A stretch of 64,000 nucleotides of DNA, from assembly GCA_964016885.1 (NCBI GenBank), contig OZ024743.1, forward strand, positions 243,908,001 through 243,972,000. The letters run 5' to 3'. The position numbers were made by a program, and so were the translations under genes. Every line of letters begins with the position of its first letter. Position 1 is the stretch's first letter. Below, piece after piece: positions 26,391 to 40,181 of the stretch. The DNA is from Eledone cirrhosa. Its lineage: Eukaryota. The notes under the pieces are model-generated. The model was given only the letters and a program-made list of their open reading frames with translations, ran no database searches and was not told where the DNA came from.

Positions 26391-27809
26391 GAGGGAACGG
26401 GTGAGGGAGAATTAGAGAAAGAGAGCGAATGATAGTGCGTGGGCGAGAGAAAAAGTGAGGCTAAAAGATGAAAAGGTTAAGAAAGGTTGATAGACAGTTG
26501 AGGTCAGATCATTTCCTTTCAGCTAAACAACCATAAAAATATTTTCCCCTTAAATTTTTTCAGCTGAATGCTGGTAAATTTTAGTTTTCTATCAACAAGA
26601 AATAGTTGTTTCGACCTAATTGATCTTTGTATAGTTTATATTTGAATTATGATCAGATTGATGGTTTTGGAGACACAAAAGCTACATTCTTTATGCAAAC
26701 TAAAATATATTAGTTTAGTCAATGTAGTTTAGTCAATATATATTTTAAAAATACCCAATCAATTTTTGTAAACACAGAGTTTAAAAGTGCAATAATTATC
26801 TCTGTTTTATTTTATTAACTTCATTTTTAATTTTTAATTTGAGTTTTATCTCTGTTGTATGTATTTATTATATAATCCCTTACTCAACTTTGGTTTCGAA
26901 ACGAAGAAAAATGTTAGAAACCATAAACAAAGGCTATAAGAAACGAAACTATATGACTGACTTTGAGTCAGTAATACTGAAATTTAGAAAAAAAGATTTT
27001 GTGCTTGTATTATTTCTCTTATTGATCGAGTTTAAATAACTTGGGTTAAGTGTTTGCTCTTTCTAGGGAATTAACATTATAATGTTTACTGCATAAACAA
27101 TTACACCAATGGATATAAATGAAGTGTTGCAACCACAAACAGTTATTTTTGCAGTATAATTTTGCTAATTCAACAGAGCAAGTAAACATTACAAGAGTTC
27201 ATATTTGTGCCCCTCTTTAAGCAGAACAAACGAAAAAATCCCACACAATCGTGGAATGAGTTTGAAGTAGAACCCAAATCTACTTTAATAAATGCCAATC
27301 ATATATCAACGGCTCTTTTGTTTCTTTAATGTTAAGGATATTAAGGTACTATTCTTTTATTTTGTTATTCTTTTATTGACATCAGTCTTTAGACTTCAGC
27401 CATGCTAAAGCACTAGCTTCCTTTTTTTTTAAGTTGATCATATCAATCCCATTACTTAATTTTCCATATCTAGCACTTATTTTATAGATTTTATTTTGTC
27501 GAACAGATAAGTTACGAGATATAAACACATATACACACACAAACACACACCAGAGCTTTCAACTGTCTCCATCCGACGGGGAGATCTCCCACGCACTTTG
27601 GGGTAGGTGAGAGATGTCTTCTCTTGTGTAAATGGTTAAAGTTTTCATTATATAAAAATCTCCCCATTTTGCCTCATTTGTCCACGTTTTGGGGCACTTT
27701 TTTTCATGGTACTCCCCGTTTGGGTTTTTAGAGGTTGGCAGGTTTGACACACACATACACACAACTCGCATGCGCACATATACGGGCTTCTAAAGTTTCT
27801 GTCTATTAT

Positions 27810-28257
27810 ATTCCCATCAGAAACATTAGTCAAACTGAGGCTATAGTACAAGACACTTATCCAATGGACCACGCTGCGGGACTAAACCTGGAAACACATG
27901 TAAAGCAAACTCCTTAACCATACAGCTATGCCTGCGCCTATTAGTGATAAAAAATGAACAAAGGGGTTGTTGACGGGACGCAATCCACATAAGGGTAAAG
28001 ACTCCCTTCGGTCACGAATGACCATGGGATTTTCACCTAGAAAGTTCTCCTCCGAAGCACAAGTCCGAGCAAGGTTATTTGTGGAAGACCAACAGTCGCC
28101 CATACATACCAGTCTCCCCCTCTCCACGCCCCCGATGTTGTCTAAGGGAAAGGCGAAGGCCGATACATCTTGGCACCAGTGACGTCGCAGCTTATTTCTA
28201 CTGCTGAGTAAACTGGAGCATCGTGAAATAAAGTGCCTTGCTCAAGAACACAACGCA
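27810..28257 (-). mobile_element. Two adjacent SINE-derived fragments
   Basis: 27810-27940 is reverse complement of the TTGGGCAAGTGTCTT family; 28215-28257 matches the 13650 family. Confidence 0.55.
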
Positions 28258-28393
28258 TATGAAGCTGTATAATTTGGCTCAATTTAAAATAGAATAGAAT
28301 TAGAGTTTAACTTCGAACATACCGTATTTCTTTAGAAATACGAAATTCAAATACATATTTGAATACAGCTATGTTCGAAGCTAAACTCTAATC

Positions 28394-28560
<167 letters not shown>

Positions 28561-28661
28561 GTAATAATAATAAAATTGAAGACTAAAATCCAAAGAGGGC
28601 TCGATAAGGAAAATATATATCAAATATATAAGAACCGTAGAGCAAATATTTATTAAAATAA

Positions 28662-28735
28662 CAGATTAAAGTTTAAGCAAAGAATCGCTGCTTTCACCCT
28701 TAACGGGATCTTCTGAAACTAACAAAGTCAATCTG
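28662..28735 (-). ncRNA. Hammerhead-like fold (CAGAAGA core), inverted pLTR copy
   Basis: Reverse complement of 29279-29352. Confidence 0.45.
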
Positions 28736-29278
28736 TAAACGCAGAACTGGATATTTCAAAAAACGTTGCAACCGGAGGAAGACAGGAAGACGATACTTTG
28801 GTTCGTGGAAAGGTTTTGCGTATGCTTGTGTATGTACGTATCTGTTTGCGTGTATGTATTTATTTGTTTCTATTACTTCTGTATTGTATTTATTTACTTT
28901 GTTCTTAACTCTGTAGCGGAGATTCATTTGGTCTCCTAGTTAGCATTTTAGTCTACGATTTCTGCTATACAATTTACGTGGTTTTGTCTTTGCGTGCTAT
29001 TGTTCTCCACGCTCCACATATGACTTATTATCTTCGTTTTTTCGTTCATTGCCAGAGAACGTCTCTATGCACCATCTAAGAGAACATTAGTCTACGACCT
29101 CTTTTATACCATAAACGTGGTTCTGTCTTTGCGCGTAATTGTTTTTCACCGCTCCTATTAATGACGTATTATTCGTTTTTTCCCGTTCCTAGCCAGCGAA
29201 CGTTTCCACGAACCAAAGTATCGTCTTCCTGTCTTCCTCCGGTTGCAACGTTTTTTGAAATATCCAGTTCTGCGTTTA

Positions 29279-29352
29279 CAGATTGACTTTGTTAGTTTCA
29301 GAAGATCCCGTTAAGGGTGAAAGCAGCGATTCTTTGCTTAAACTTTAATCTG
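29279..29352 (+). ncRNA. Type I hammerhead-like fold with variant core CAGAAGA in PLE pLTR
   Basis: Stem I AGTTT/AAACT extended by CAGATT/AATCTG; CAGAAGA 29299-29305; stem II CCC/GGG; GAAA 29319-29322; stem III AGCA/TGCT; site U at 29339. Confidence 0.5.
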
Positions 29353-29497
29353 TTATTTTAATAAATATTTGCTCTACGGTTCTTATATATTTGATATATA
29401 TTTTCCTTATCGAGCCCTCTTTGGATTTTAGTCTTCAATTTTATTATTATTACTATTTGGCTCCTTCGGTTGAGCACTCTACTGACTTATATTCATC

Positions 29498-31626
29498 ATG
29501 CAGAAACAACATCTGAATATTTCTACAAAGAACATACCCGTACCAAGCAGGAAAACATACCTAAAACTCCTGATACAGAAAACAGACGCGTTCATTAAAA
29601 GGTTGCGTTGGCGTGCCTTTTATTTCGATAATCCGCGAAAAGCAGACAACAAACAGGATAAATTTGGATTTAAAACTTATAATAACCCTCCGTGGAACCC
29701 AGCATTGCTACCCTTCGAAAATGATGTCTTGGAACTCATTCGGAATATCATATTTCGGAATAGGAGAAATTCCTTCCAGCAAGACCTGAAGAATAGAATT
29801 CGTTCTATTAAGGATTCTAACGCCGTGCACGTCCATTCCGACAAAACTGGCAACCTATATCAAGTGGAGCGCAGTACTTACCAACAACTACTACATAATG
29901 CTGTAACTAAGGATTACCGTAAAACTAATCGGTGCGTCATCAATGAAATCAACGATGCTGGGTTTAAAATCACATCTGATCTCAACATCCTGGACCGGAC
30001 CGAACCTCTGGACCCTATCTCTCCCCACTTTACCCTGAAGGATCACAAATCCAATTTTCCGAACAACCCCTCCATTCGGCTTATTAACCCTACGAAGTCC
30101 GATTTAGGTAGACTTAGTAAAACGATTCTTGATAGAATTATACCTGAAATTAGAAGTTTGGCCCCTCTCGCACTGTGGAACAATTCTTTCGCGGTGATTG
30201 ATTGGTTCAACGGCATATGTAACAAGGAACATTGCCGTTTTATCCAATTCGACATCAACAATTACTACTCCTCCATCACTTTACCACTTCTCCTTAGAGC
30301 TATCAATTTCGCTAAAACACTCACAGTGGTTAAGGATTTTGAAGTTGATGTCATCCTTAATGCCCGAAAGTCGGTGATTAATTTCGACGACTCTATTTGG
30401 ATTAAAAAATCCAATAGTACCCCATTCGACGTGAGTATGGGCGCCAGTGACTCTGCGGAGGTTACTGATCTTATTGGCCTTTTCCTTCTTTTCTCTATCA
30501 AGGACGAATTCCCCAACGCGGGCGGTGGTTTGTACCGTGACGATGGTCTTTTGACCATGACTAAGTGCGGACCTCGTGCTTGCGACAGGTTCAGAAAAGA
30601 ACTCACAGCCTTCTTTAAAGGCTTCAACCTCTCTATACAGGTTGAGGCCAATCTCTCGGTCGTTAATTACCTCGACGTTACCCTCAATTTATTGAATGGG
30701 TTGTATTACCCGTATAGAAAGCCGAATGATACGCTTAATTACATAAGTAAGCATTCCAACCATCCTGCCAGCATAACCAAGAACCTGGTAAGAAACGTTT
30801 CGTTGAGGCTTTCCCGTCTTTCCACCAACGAGCGCATTTTCAACGACCATTCCACTTATTACAATGAAGCTCTTGCTCGAAGTGAATTTGTCGATAAGGT
30901 AGCATATACCGAGTACGAAAATAGACCTAGAAGAAATAGATTCCGTCGCATTTGTTGGTTTAACCCACCATATAATATGGAGGTGGCCACACCATTAGCT
31001 AAGATCTTTCTTTCCCTTATTACGAAGCATTTTCCCCCTACACATAAATATAGTAACATTTTTAATAGAAATACTATTAAAATTTCTTACTCTACGACTC
31101 CTAACCTTGCACATAACATCACAGCTTCAAATTTAGCTAAACTACCTAGCCGTAGGAACACGTGCAACCCTGTAGTTAGTACTAGCTATAATTGTAGGAA
31201 TCGGGCTGATTGCCCCTATCCGGGAAATGCCTCTCTAGTAACATTGTCTACAAATGTAAGGTTGTAACACCCACGTCCCGTAGGGCCTACATAGGGTTAA
31301 CCGCCAATAGTTTCAAGCAGCGTCTTTACATGCATACCCATTCTTTTCGTTACCCTCTAAGAAGGAATATGACGTCACTTTCAGCTTATATCTGGAGTCT
31401 AAAAGACAACCACACCCAATATAAGTTACACTGGGAGATCCTAGCTAGGGCTAGATCGTATAACGGAAATAAAAGACCATGTGACCTCTGCGCCGCTGAG
31501 GCCCTGGAAATACTCTACGCTACAGACCACATCTTAAACAAAAATTCTGAGGCAATTTCGGCTTGTAAACATAAATTGCACAAAACTTTCCTGTATTACA
31601 GCCCCACGTTATACCCTAACGGATAG
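29498..31626 (+). CDS. PLE reverse transcriptase with C-terminal GIY-YIG endonuclease; one frameshift at ~31213-31216
   Basis: KNIPVPS..Y...LIQK...FIKRLRWRA, SDKTGNLY, QFDINNYYSSI, MGASDSAEV, LYRDDGL, NYLDVT, WFNPP; then NCR..CPLSGKC...IVY..YIGLT..FKQR..H, CDLC..E. Confidence 0.88.
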
Positions 31627-32537
31627 CACGATCTATACGTGGATATTTTACGTCTTGATGTGGGAGCTAAGTATATGTTTTGTTTATTCGTTTACTTATT
31701 TGCATAGGTAAGTATTTATTACCCGTATGTTTTGTGAAGGTATGTATACCTTCTCGTACGTATATTTGACTGTTATAGCGTATAATTTTTACATATTCTG
31801 GTATTTAGGGTTTGGCTATGTGTATACGGGAGTTTTGCGTCCGCGTGAGTGTGCAGGTTCGTACGTATGGTGGGTGTGTGTATATGTGTACTTCTTGTTT
31901 TAGTTAACTTACGTCTCCGAACTTCCGTGTATTTATATGTAGGTATGCGTGTGCGCTTGTTATATACGTATTTATTTACTTATATACGTTTATATAATTA
32001 TTTATTTATTTGTACACAAGCATACACACACACATATTTATATGTGCGTGGTTTTGTATACCCATGGTAAGGTTTTGCGTATGCTTGTGTATGTACGTAT
32101 CTGTTTGCGTGTATGTATTTATTTGTTTCTATTACTTCTGTATTGTATTTATTTACTTTGTTCTTAACTCTGTAGCGGAGATTCATTTGGTCTCCTAGTT
32201 AGCATTTTAGTCTACGATTTCTGCTATACGATTTACGTGGTTTTGTCTTTGCGTGCTATTGTTCTCCACGCTCCACATATGACTTATTATCTTCGTTTTT
32301 TCGTTCATTGCCAGAGAACGTCTCTATGCACCACCTAAGAGAACATTAGTCTACGACCTCTTTTATACCATAAACGTGGTTCTGTCTTTGCGCGTAATTG
32401 TTTTTCACCGCTCCTATTAATGACGTATTATTCGTTTTTTCCCGTTCCTAGCCAGCGAACGTTTCCACGAACCAAAGTATCGTCTTCCTGTCTTCCTCCG
32501 GTTGCAACGTTTTTTGAAATATCCAGTTCTGCGTTTA

Positions 32538-32611
32538 CAGATTGACTTTGTTAGTTTCAGAAGATCCCGTTAAGGGTGAAAGCAGCGATTCTTTGCTTAA
32601 ACTTTAATCTG
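32538..32611 (+). ncRNA. Hammerhead-like fold (CAGAAGA core), 3' pLTR copy
   Basis: Identical to 29279-29352. Confidence 0.5.
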
Positions 32612-32619
32612 TTATTTTA

Positions 32620-32647
<28 letters not shown>

Positions 32648-32656
<9 letters not shown>

Positions 32657-32968
32657 TAAACGGAATAGAAAATGCTGACAAATTGTTCACAGTTGAAAAA
32701 TAGTTTAATTAGGAATAAAAGAGTATTAGTGATTGTATGGGTTAGTATTCAGTTGTGGTTTTAAGATCAGAGCAAACAGCACGGACACTCTATCTCAAAA
32801 TTATTTTTGAAAAGCATTTAGAAATGCGCAACCGGTAAAAACTTAAAAACTTAAAACCACAACTGAATACTAACCCATACAATCACTAATACTCTTTTAT
32901 TCCTAATTAAACTATTTTTCAACTGTGAACAATTTGTCAGCATTTTCTATTCCGTTTACCAATATATA
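32648..32968. repeat. (TA)n-flanked foldback with ~119 bp arms and ~83 bp spacer
   Basis: 32648-32766 is reverse complement of 32850-32968. Confidence 0.88.
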
Positions 32969-32997
32969 ATAACTTGTGTGTTACACCTCTATTCTTT

Positions 32998-33034
<37 letters not shown>

Positions 33035-33035
<1 letters not shown>

Positions 33036-33665
33036 TAGCATCTTGTTCGATTACACTACAGAGAGCCTACTACTACCCTGTCTCGAATAAAGTATCATAC
33101 AAGATTTTCTGTGCCATTATCTGCTAATATAAGTGTAACATTTTATTTCCACAAGTCTCTCACTTGATTCACTAAAAAAACTTGTCACTAACAAATGACG
33201 TTAAGTTATTCTACCAATGTTTAATATGGGAAGGTGTCTTACCTAGGTTCGGTGCGGGGGGGGGGAATTGGACATTTGCTTAAAAGCAGTGGTGGGATGG
33301 GGGTGTAATAAGCGGGGTTGGGGTCGGTAGTTGTATAGTGCACGTTGGTAAATGTGGGATTTCTTCTAATGTTATTTTTTTGTCACATATAATGCTTTTT
33401 TTAATGTAAAATATTATAATTATTAGATTCTCTAGTTGCTGTATCGATATGAATCACTTACAATATAATTTCGCTGGGGTGAGGTTGGAATAAAAGCGTG
33501 GGGTTTGGAAAAAACCTAAAAAGTTAATACGCGGGGGCTGGAGGTGGGGTTTATTCAAAACCTGAGACTATACGAATAAGAATGAATTATAAATCAACGG
33601 GGAATCATGTTTAATGTAATCTATCCGATAGTCTTCGAATGTTGAGACAAGAAACGCCACATTAT
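33035..33665. mobile_element. Degraded Helitron-like dispersed repeat
   Basis: Begins ACTAG after (TA)n; internal homology to 8870-9070. Confidence 0.4.
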
Positions 33666-34029
33666 AAACGAGTTATTTACAGCTAGACACACCACCTGGA
33701 TATGTAATTATTAAATCAGTACTTTTTGTAGGTGTTGCTGCCTTGTAGCGTCATGATCAAAGGTGTTCCAGCCGTGACAATCACAATTTCCAAAATGACG
33801 GTTTATTACGGGAGAAATGTCGACGGTACCAGACCACCACCACCACCACCTCAACTACATCTAACGGATCTTATCACTATACAGGACTGAACACAGCAGA
33901 TTTCTTCCATGGAAAGATAGACAGATAGATAGATAGATGGATAGAGAGAGAGAGAGAGAGAGACAGAGAGAGAGAGGGAGAGAAAGAGTGAGAGAGAGAG
34001 AGATAGGGATGAGATATAGAAGGAAATTC

Positions 34030-34180
34030 GATCCCATATTAGACTGGTAGTTTATTTATCAATCTCGAAAGGATGACAGGCTAAGCTGATCACAGCAGGA
34101 ATGGAACTCAGAGTCCAGAGATCCAGAACGAAAACCTCAACGCATTCCATCCGACGTTTCAGTGACTCTGCCAATTCGGC
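34030..34180 (-). mobile_element. Meta-domain-like SINE, degraded
   Basis: ACTGGTAG..TTTATC..GAAAGGATGA..GAACTCAGA..GACTCTGCCA is reverse complement of the family. Confidence 0.6.
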
Positions 34181-34289
34181 ACCAATAACCACATGCATCA
34201 TACCAAACAAATACTTTTCTGATATTCTGTGACAGGTGAGAATGCATAAAAGTCATAACATCCACTAAATATTGATATGGAATGGCTGC

Positions 34290-34440
34290 ACGCATGGTCG
34301 TATGATTAAAAAGTCTGCTTCGTAATCACATGGTTCTGGGTTCGATTCCACAGCTCGGCATCCGGAGCAATGTTTTTCTGCCATAGCTTCGGGAGAACCA
34401 ATATTCTGTGAATGAATTTTAGCTGACGGAAACCATGCGT
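34290..34440 (+). mobile_element. tRNA-derived SINE (GGTTCGATTCC box B)
   Basis: Similar to 9625-9775; ends GACGGAAAC then (CA)n. Confidence 0.55.
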
Positions 34441-34824
34441 AGCTGATCACACACACACACATATATATATATACAGTCTGTTCGCTTTTTACGCGAAGAT
34501 GCATTCGTGAACGCGGCGCGTAAAGCAAATTCGCGTAATTCAATTCTAATGTTATATTATACAGTATTTCTGATAAATAAAAAAATAAAAAACCGCAAGC
34601 GTTATAGCGCGTTATTCGTGCAAAGTGAATAACATTTCGAAGATTAAGATTACGATTATACTTATAATTTTTTCAATTGTCATTTTCAACTACAAAAATT
34701 ACCGGAAGTTATTTATGATCTTAAAACGAAGGATTACTCTCTCCCCTTTACTGCCACTATCGAGTATTGAACCACTTCACTGCTATTTTCGTTTTTGAAT
34801 TTGTCATGTGTAATCAACACATCA

Positions 34825-35505
34825 CGGGAAAATCTGACATTGTTTGAGGCAGATCTAACTGGTTTCCTTGAACGTTTCCTAACTCAGGATGATATGGGTT
34901 CATCACTTTGAATTAGAGGCAAAGAGACAATCCATGTTGTGGAAACATCCTTCCACATTTGCCCCAAAGAAGGCCAAGATCGTATCATCTGTAGGGAAGG
35001 TAATGGCCTCAGTTTTTTGGGATGCAAAAAACATTGTTTATTGTCTATCTTCAAATGGTCTACACCATCAATAGAGAGTACTATGCCAATTTGCTGAGGC
35101 AGTTACAAAAGGCTATCAAGACCAAACGCCCAGGAAAACTAACGAAAAGGGTCTTGTTTCATTAGGACAATGCTCCAGTCCTTGGTTTCAATGGTTGCTG
35201 TGCGGGATTGTGGCTTTGAACTGGTTGAGCACCCTTCCTATTTTCCTAATTTGGCCTCGTGGACTATCATCTGTTCTCAACACTTGGGTGGGAACCAATA
35301 TCGCAGTGATGATGACGTCATATGTGCTTTTGATGATTTATTTTACCAACAGGATGAAAAATTCTTCACCAATGGGATCCAAGTACTGCAACACCGATAG
35401 AAGTGTGTGGATCGCAAGGGGGACTATGTTGAAAAATAGGCCTCATTTGGTCTCATTTCATGAGAGTATCTTGGTCAGCCTATGAACTTTTCAGCCAACC
35501 CTCGA
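34825..35505 (+). mobile_element. Mariner transposon 3' remnant (DD34D-type transposase pseudogene)
   Basis: WVHHFELEAKRQSMLWKHP, GKVMASVFWD, DNAP, HPSYFPNLA; TIR-like end AACTTTTCAGCCAACCCTCG. Confidence 0.85.
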
Positions 35506-36084
35506 ATATCTAACTTAGCTTCCAAGTATTTCTCATGGGAGGAAGCTTGATTGTAGATAACTGCTTCAACGAGAGTCCATTGATTCAAAGTTTCTGGCAC
35601 ATTGAGAATCGTCACTTCGGTAAAACGACGACCCATATAAATAAAAAAATCGCATAAATTTCTCTTTATATATTCCAATTAGCGGAGTAAATTCATGTGT
35701 CTTCTTCATCTCGGAAGAAACCTTCTACAGAACCACGTACACTGCACTCTTTTAAGCACTTTCCTGTATGAACAGGGGGAATGTATTGCAACCGTTTTGT
35801 TAACTCACCTGTTATATTTTTCGGTGAACAATTTAATTCTGCTTCTGGAAACAACTATTTTCCTACGACCTTTGATATAAAGCTCAAGCGTTGCTCATTT
35901 CTGAACTGAAGCCAATGTGCTCAGCTTAGGTATTGGTGACGCTGGCAAAACAACCACTTATTTTGGCGTTTCAGCTGTTTATGTTGCTGCCGCTATCGAA
36001 GTCATTACAGCAACAGCAACAACAAGAACATTCACCACCAACACCACAAGCAACAGCACCACCAAAAATAAATCGAGCTCATTG

Positions 36085-36380
36085 CGTTACTGGTGTTTCA
36101 TTTTAATGGCCCCGAGAGGATGAAAGGCAACGTTGACCTTAGCGGGATTTGAACTCAGAAAGTAAAACACCGTAAATATATGCGGTAAAGCATGTTATCC
36201 GACGCTCTACCGACACTGCCAATCCATCGCTCTATAGCTGCAATTAGTAAGGGTTTCTACTTTAGTACAATTTGAAAAGAAGGGGAAGTAGAATAAATCT
36301 ACCCAAATACGTTACTGGTACTGTATTTTACTGACCCCGCAAGGATGAAAAGCAAAGCTAATCTCGGTGGGATTTGAACT
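36085..36380 (-). mobile_element. Two Meta-domain-like SINE fragments
   Basis: AGGATGAAAGGCAA...GGGATTTGAACTC twice. Confidence 0.65.
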
Positions 36381-36422
<42 letters not shown>

Positions 36423-36670
36423 CATTGCTGCTGCTACTACTACTACTGCTGTTGCTACTACTACTACCATTGCTGCTGCTACTACTACTACTACTGTTGC
36501 TACTACTACTACTACTGTTGCTACTACTACTACTATTACTGCTACTACTACTACTACTACTATTGTTGCTACTACTACTACTACTGTTGCTACTACTACT
36601 ACTACTGTTGCTACTACTACTACTACTACTACTGCTGCTACTACTACTACTACTACTGCTACTACTACTA

Positions 36671-36705
<35 letters not shown>

Positions 36706-36730
36706 ACTACTACTACTGCTGCTGCTGCTG

Positions 36731-36786
<56 letters not shown>

Positions 36787-36835
36787 GCTGCTGCTGCTCC
36801 TGCTGCTGCTGCTGTAGTAGTAGTAGTAGTGGTGG
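36380..36835. repeat. (CTA)n/(CTG)n trinucleotide array
   Basis: Direct reading. Confidence 0.95.
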
Positions 36836-37052
36836 TAATAGTAACAACGAGTACTGTCCGATGATAGAAGATATGTACAATAAATAAAGGCGCGATGCGC
36901 TCTGCTTGGGACCCTGTTAAAATAACAGTGTCATAAAACCTTCATTTCCAGTTGACACTTGTAATATTATTTTTATATATTTACACATGGATACTATGTG
37001 TGCGAGTGCGTGAAGGTGTGAATGTCTGTCTGTGAATATGGCTATGTATATT

Positions 37053-37104
<52 letters not shown>

Positions 37105-37136
37105 TGTGTGTCTGTGTGTATGTGTTTGTGAGGGTG

Positions 37137-37173
<37 letters not shown>

Positions 37174-37478
37174 CTGTGTATGTGTGTGCCTGAGAAGCAT
37201 GTGTATGTGTGTCTGTATGTATACATGAGACTGGATGTACATTAGTATTATGTAGACGTGTGAGTGTGTGTTTGTGCGTCAGTGTAATTGTGTGAGTGTG
37301 TGTCTGTGCGTCAGTGTACACGTGTGTGTTATATTATGTTCATATATGTATATATATATATATGTGTGCGCGTGTGTCTTATAACGTATATGTATGCTTG
37401 TAAGTATGTAGGTGAGTGTGTGTATATATGTGCACTATTGTATTCCTATATGCTTTAAAAAAAAAAAAAAAAAAAATA

Positions 37479-37510
<32 letters not shown>

Positions 37511-37612
37511 ACCAACAGTTAAACAAGGTTCTAGATTAATCAATGAATATAGTTTTACAATATATTAGAAGCACTCAACAATCATAAAAAAAAAGGTTAT
37601 TTGGAGTTATTA

Positions 37613-37935
37613 ATATTAATTCAAAATATTAATAAATATAGACATTCAACGTAATCGAAATATATTTTATTATATATATTTCTACTGTGCTGTTTTTTCA
37701 GTACGTCCTCATCAGATAAAATATATAAATTGATGTATGACATACCTCAACTGAGCTGATGGTTCAATTCAAGACTGGAATTGAACCATCAGCTCAGTTG
37801 AGGTATGTCATACATCAATTTATGTATTTTATCTGATGAGGACGTACTGAAAAAACAGCACAGTAGAAATATATATAATAAAATATATTTCGATTACGTT
37901 GAATGTCTATATTTATTAATATTTTGAATTAATAT
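37613..37935. repeat. Near-perfect palindrome, 158 bp arms, 7 nt loop
   Basis: 37613-37770 vs 37778-37935; loop AAGACTG; one mismatch seen. Confidence 0.92.
37822..37888 (+). ncRNA. Type I minimal hammerhead ribozyme (mirror copy on - at ~37660-37726)
   Basis: Stem I ATGTATTTTAT/ATAAAATATAT; CTGATGA 37833-37839; GAAA 37866-37869; palindromic stem III ATATATAT; site UA; stem II imperfect. Confidence 0.6.
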
Positions 37936-38020
37936 ATATATATATATATATACATATATGTGTGTGTAGGCGTTTGTGTGTGTTTGTGTATGTAGGTGAG
38001 AGTGTGCGTATATATATATA

Positions 38021-38053
<33 letters not shown>

Positions 38054-38221
38054 ATCTGCGTCTGTGCGTGTGTGCAATGTGTGTGTGTATGTGTGTGAGT
38101 GTTATATCGTGTTTCCACAACTGTCAAACTCAACACAACAAAACTACGGCCTTTTTTTTTACGGTAGTCTTGTAAAAATAATTCTATTTTTTTTCCTTTT
38201 TAGATGTCCTGTAACCTCTTT

Positions 38222-38752
38222 CACCACCACCACCACCAGCAACAACAACAACACCACCACCAGCGCCACCACCACCACCATCACCACCACCACCACCAGT
38301 ACCACCACCACCACCACCACCAACACCACCAGCACCACCACCACCACCAGCACCACCACCACCACTACCACCAGCACCAGCACTACTACCACCACCACTA
38401 ACACTACCACCAGCACCACCACTACCACAACCACCAGCACCAGCACCACCACCACTACCACCACCACCACCACCACCACCACCACCACCACCACTACCAC
38501 TACCACCACCATCAGCACCACCTCCTCAGTGTCCCTCCTCCGACATCACCACCATCACCACCATCACAACCACCACCACCACCACCACCACCACCACCAC
38601 CACCACCACCACCACCACCTCAGTTTCCCTCCTCCGACATCACCATCACCACAACATCACGACAAAAACTAAAACAAAAACATCAACACCAAATAAACTC
38701 AACTATAAACACCGCCACCATTACTTTCACTATCAATAGAAACACCAGCACC

Positions 38753-38783
<31 letters not shown>

Positions 38784-40115
38784 GCAGCAGCACCACCAGC
38801 ACCAGCACCACCACCATCACCACAACCACCACAGCCACCACCATCAACACAAACCCACCACCACCACCACAACCACCACAACCATCACCATAGCCATCAT
38901 CACCACCACCACCACCACCATCACCATCATCACCACCATCACCACAACCACCACAGCCACCACCATCATCACCACCACCGTCACCACACCACCACCATCA
39001 CCACCACCAAAACCACAACCATCACCACAACCACCACCCCTACCACAACCACTACCGCCACAGCCACCACCATCATCATCACCACCACCGCCACCAGCAC
39101 TACCACCATCACCACCACCCAAACCACAACCATCCCCACAACCACCACCCCTACCACAACCACCACCACCACCACCATCACCACAACCACCACCAACACA
39201 GCCACCACCATCAAAATCACCACCACAACCACCACTATCACCACCAGCAGCACCACCACCATCACCATCACGACCACCACCATCACCACCACCACCACCA
39301 CCACAGCCACCACCACCATCAGCAGCACCACAAGCACCACTACCAACACCACCATCACTACCACCACCATCACCAGGACCACTGTCACCACAACTACAAC
39401 CACCGCCATCACTACCCCCCACCTTCACCACCACAACCACCACTACCAACACCACCATCACAACCACCACCATCACCAGCACCACTATCACCACAATCAC
39501 CACAACCACCACCATCACTACCACCGCCACCACCACCACCACCACCACCATCACTACCACCACCACAATTACCACCATCACTACCACCACCATCACCACG
39601 ACAATCACCACCACCACCACAACCACTAACATCACTACCACCACCACCACCACCACCACCGCCACCACCACCACCATCACCACCACCACCACCACCACCA
39701 CCACCACCACCACCACCACCACCACCATCACCACCACCACCACAACCACCACCATCACTACCCCCACCATCATTACCCCACCATCACCACCACCACCACC
39801 ACCATCACTACCCCCACCATCATTACCCCACCATCACCACCACCACCACCACCATCACTACCCCCACCATTTCCACAACCACCACCACCACCACCAACAC
39901 CACCACCACTACCACCACTACGCCTACAACCACCACCACCACCACCACCACCACCACCACTACCACCGCCACCACCACCATCACCACCACCATCACCACC
40001 ACCACCACCACTACCACCGCCACCACCACCACCATCACCACCACCACCACTACCACCGCCACCACCACCACCATCACCACAACCACCACAACCACCACCA
40101 TCACTACCACCACCA
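38222..40115. repeat. Long degenerate (CAC)n low-complexity array
   Basis: Direct reading. Confidence 0.95.
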
Positions 40116-40181
40116 AAACCGTTGGGCACCACAAAAATACTCTTCGTCATCACTGGTCAAGCCTGAAATGCCGCTGTTCAG

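Noticed and set aside
28300-28392. Small imperfect inverted repeat (TAGAGTTTAACTTCGAACATA / TATGTTCGAAGCTAAACTCTA)
   Set aside because: Real but too short to classify; likely a MITE remnant
29498-31626. Selenocysteine recoding as known for some Naiad PLEs
   Set aside because: No in-frame TGA at Cys positions; the break is a frameshift and stops are TAA/TAG
34473-34550. Possible pogo/Tigger-like terminal repeat after TA
   Set aside because: No matching second TIR found
36367-40153. Long poly-Thr/Val/Gly/His/Leu ORFs (also 24819-25533)
   Set aside because: Translations of trinucleotide microsatellites; an acceptor-like TTTAG at ~38203 alone is insufficient to call an exon
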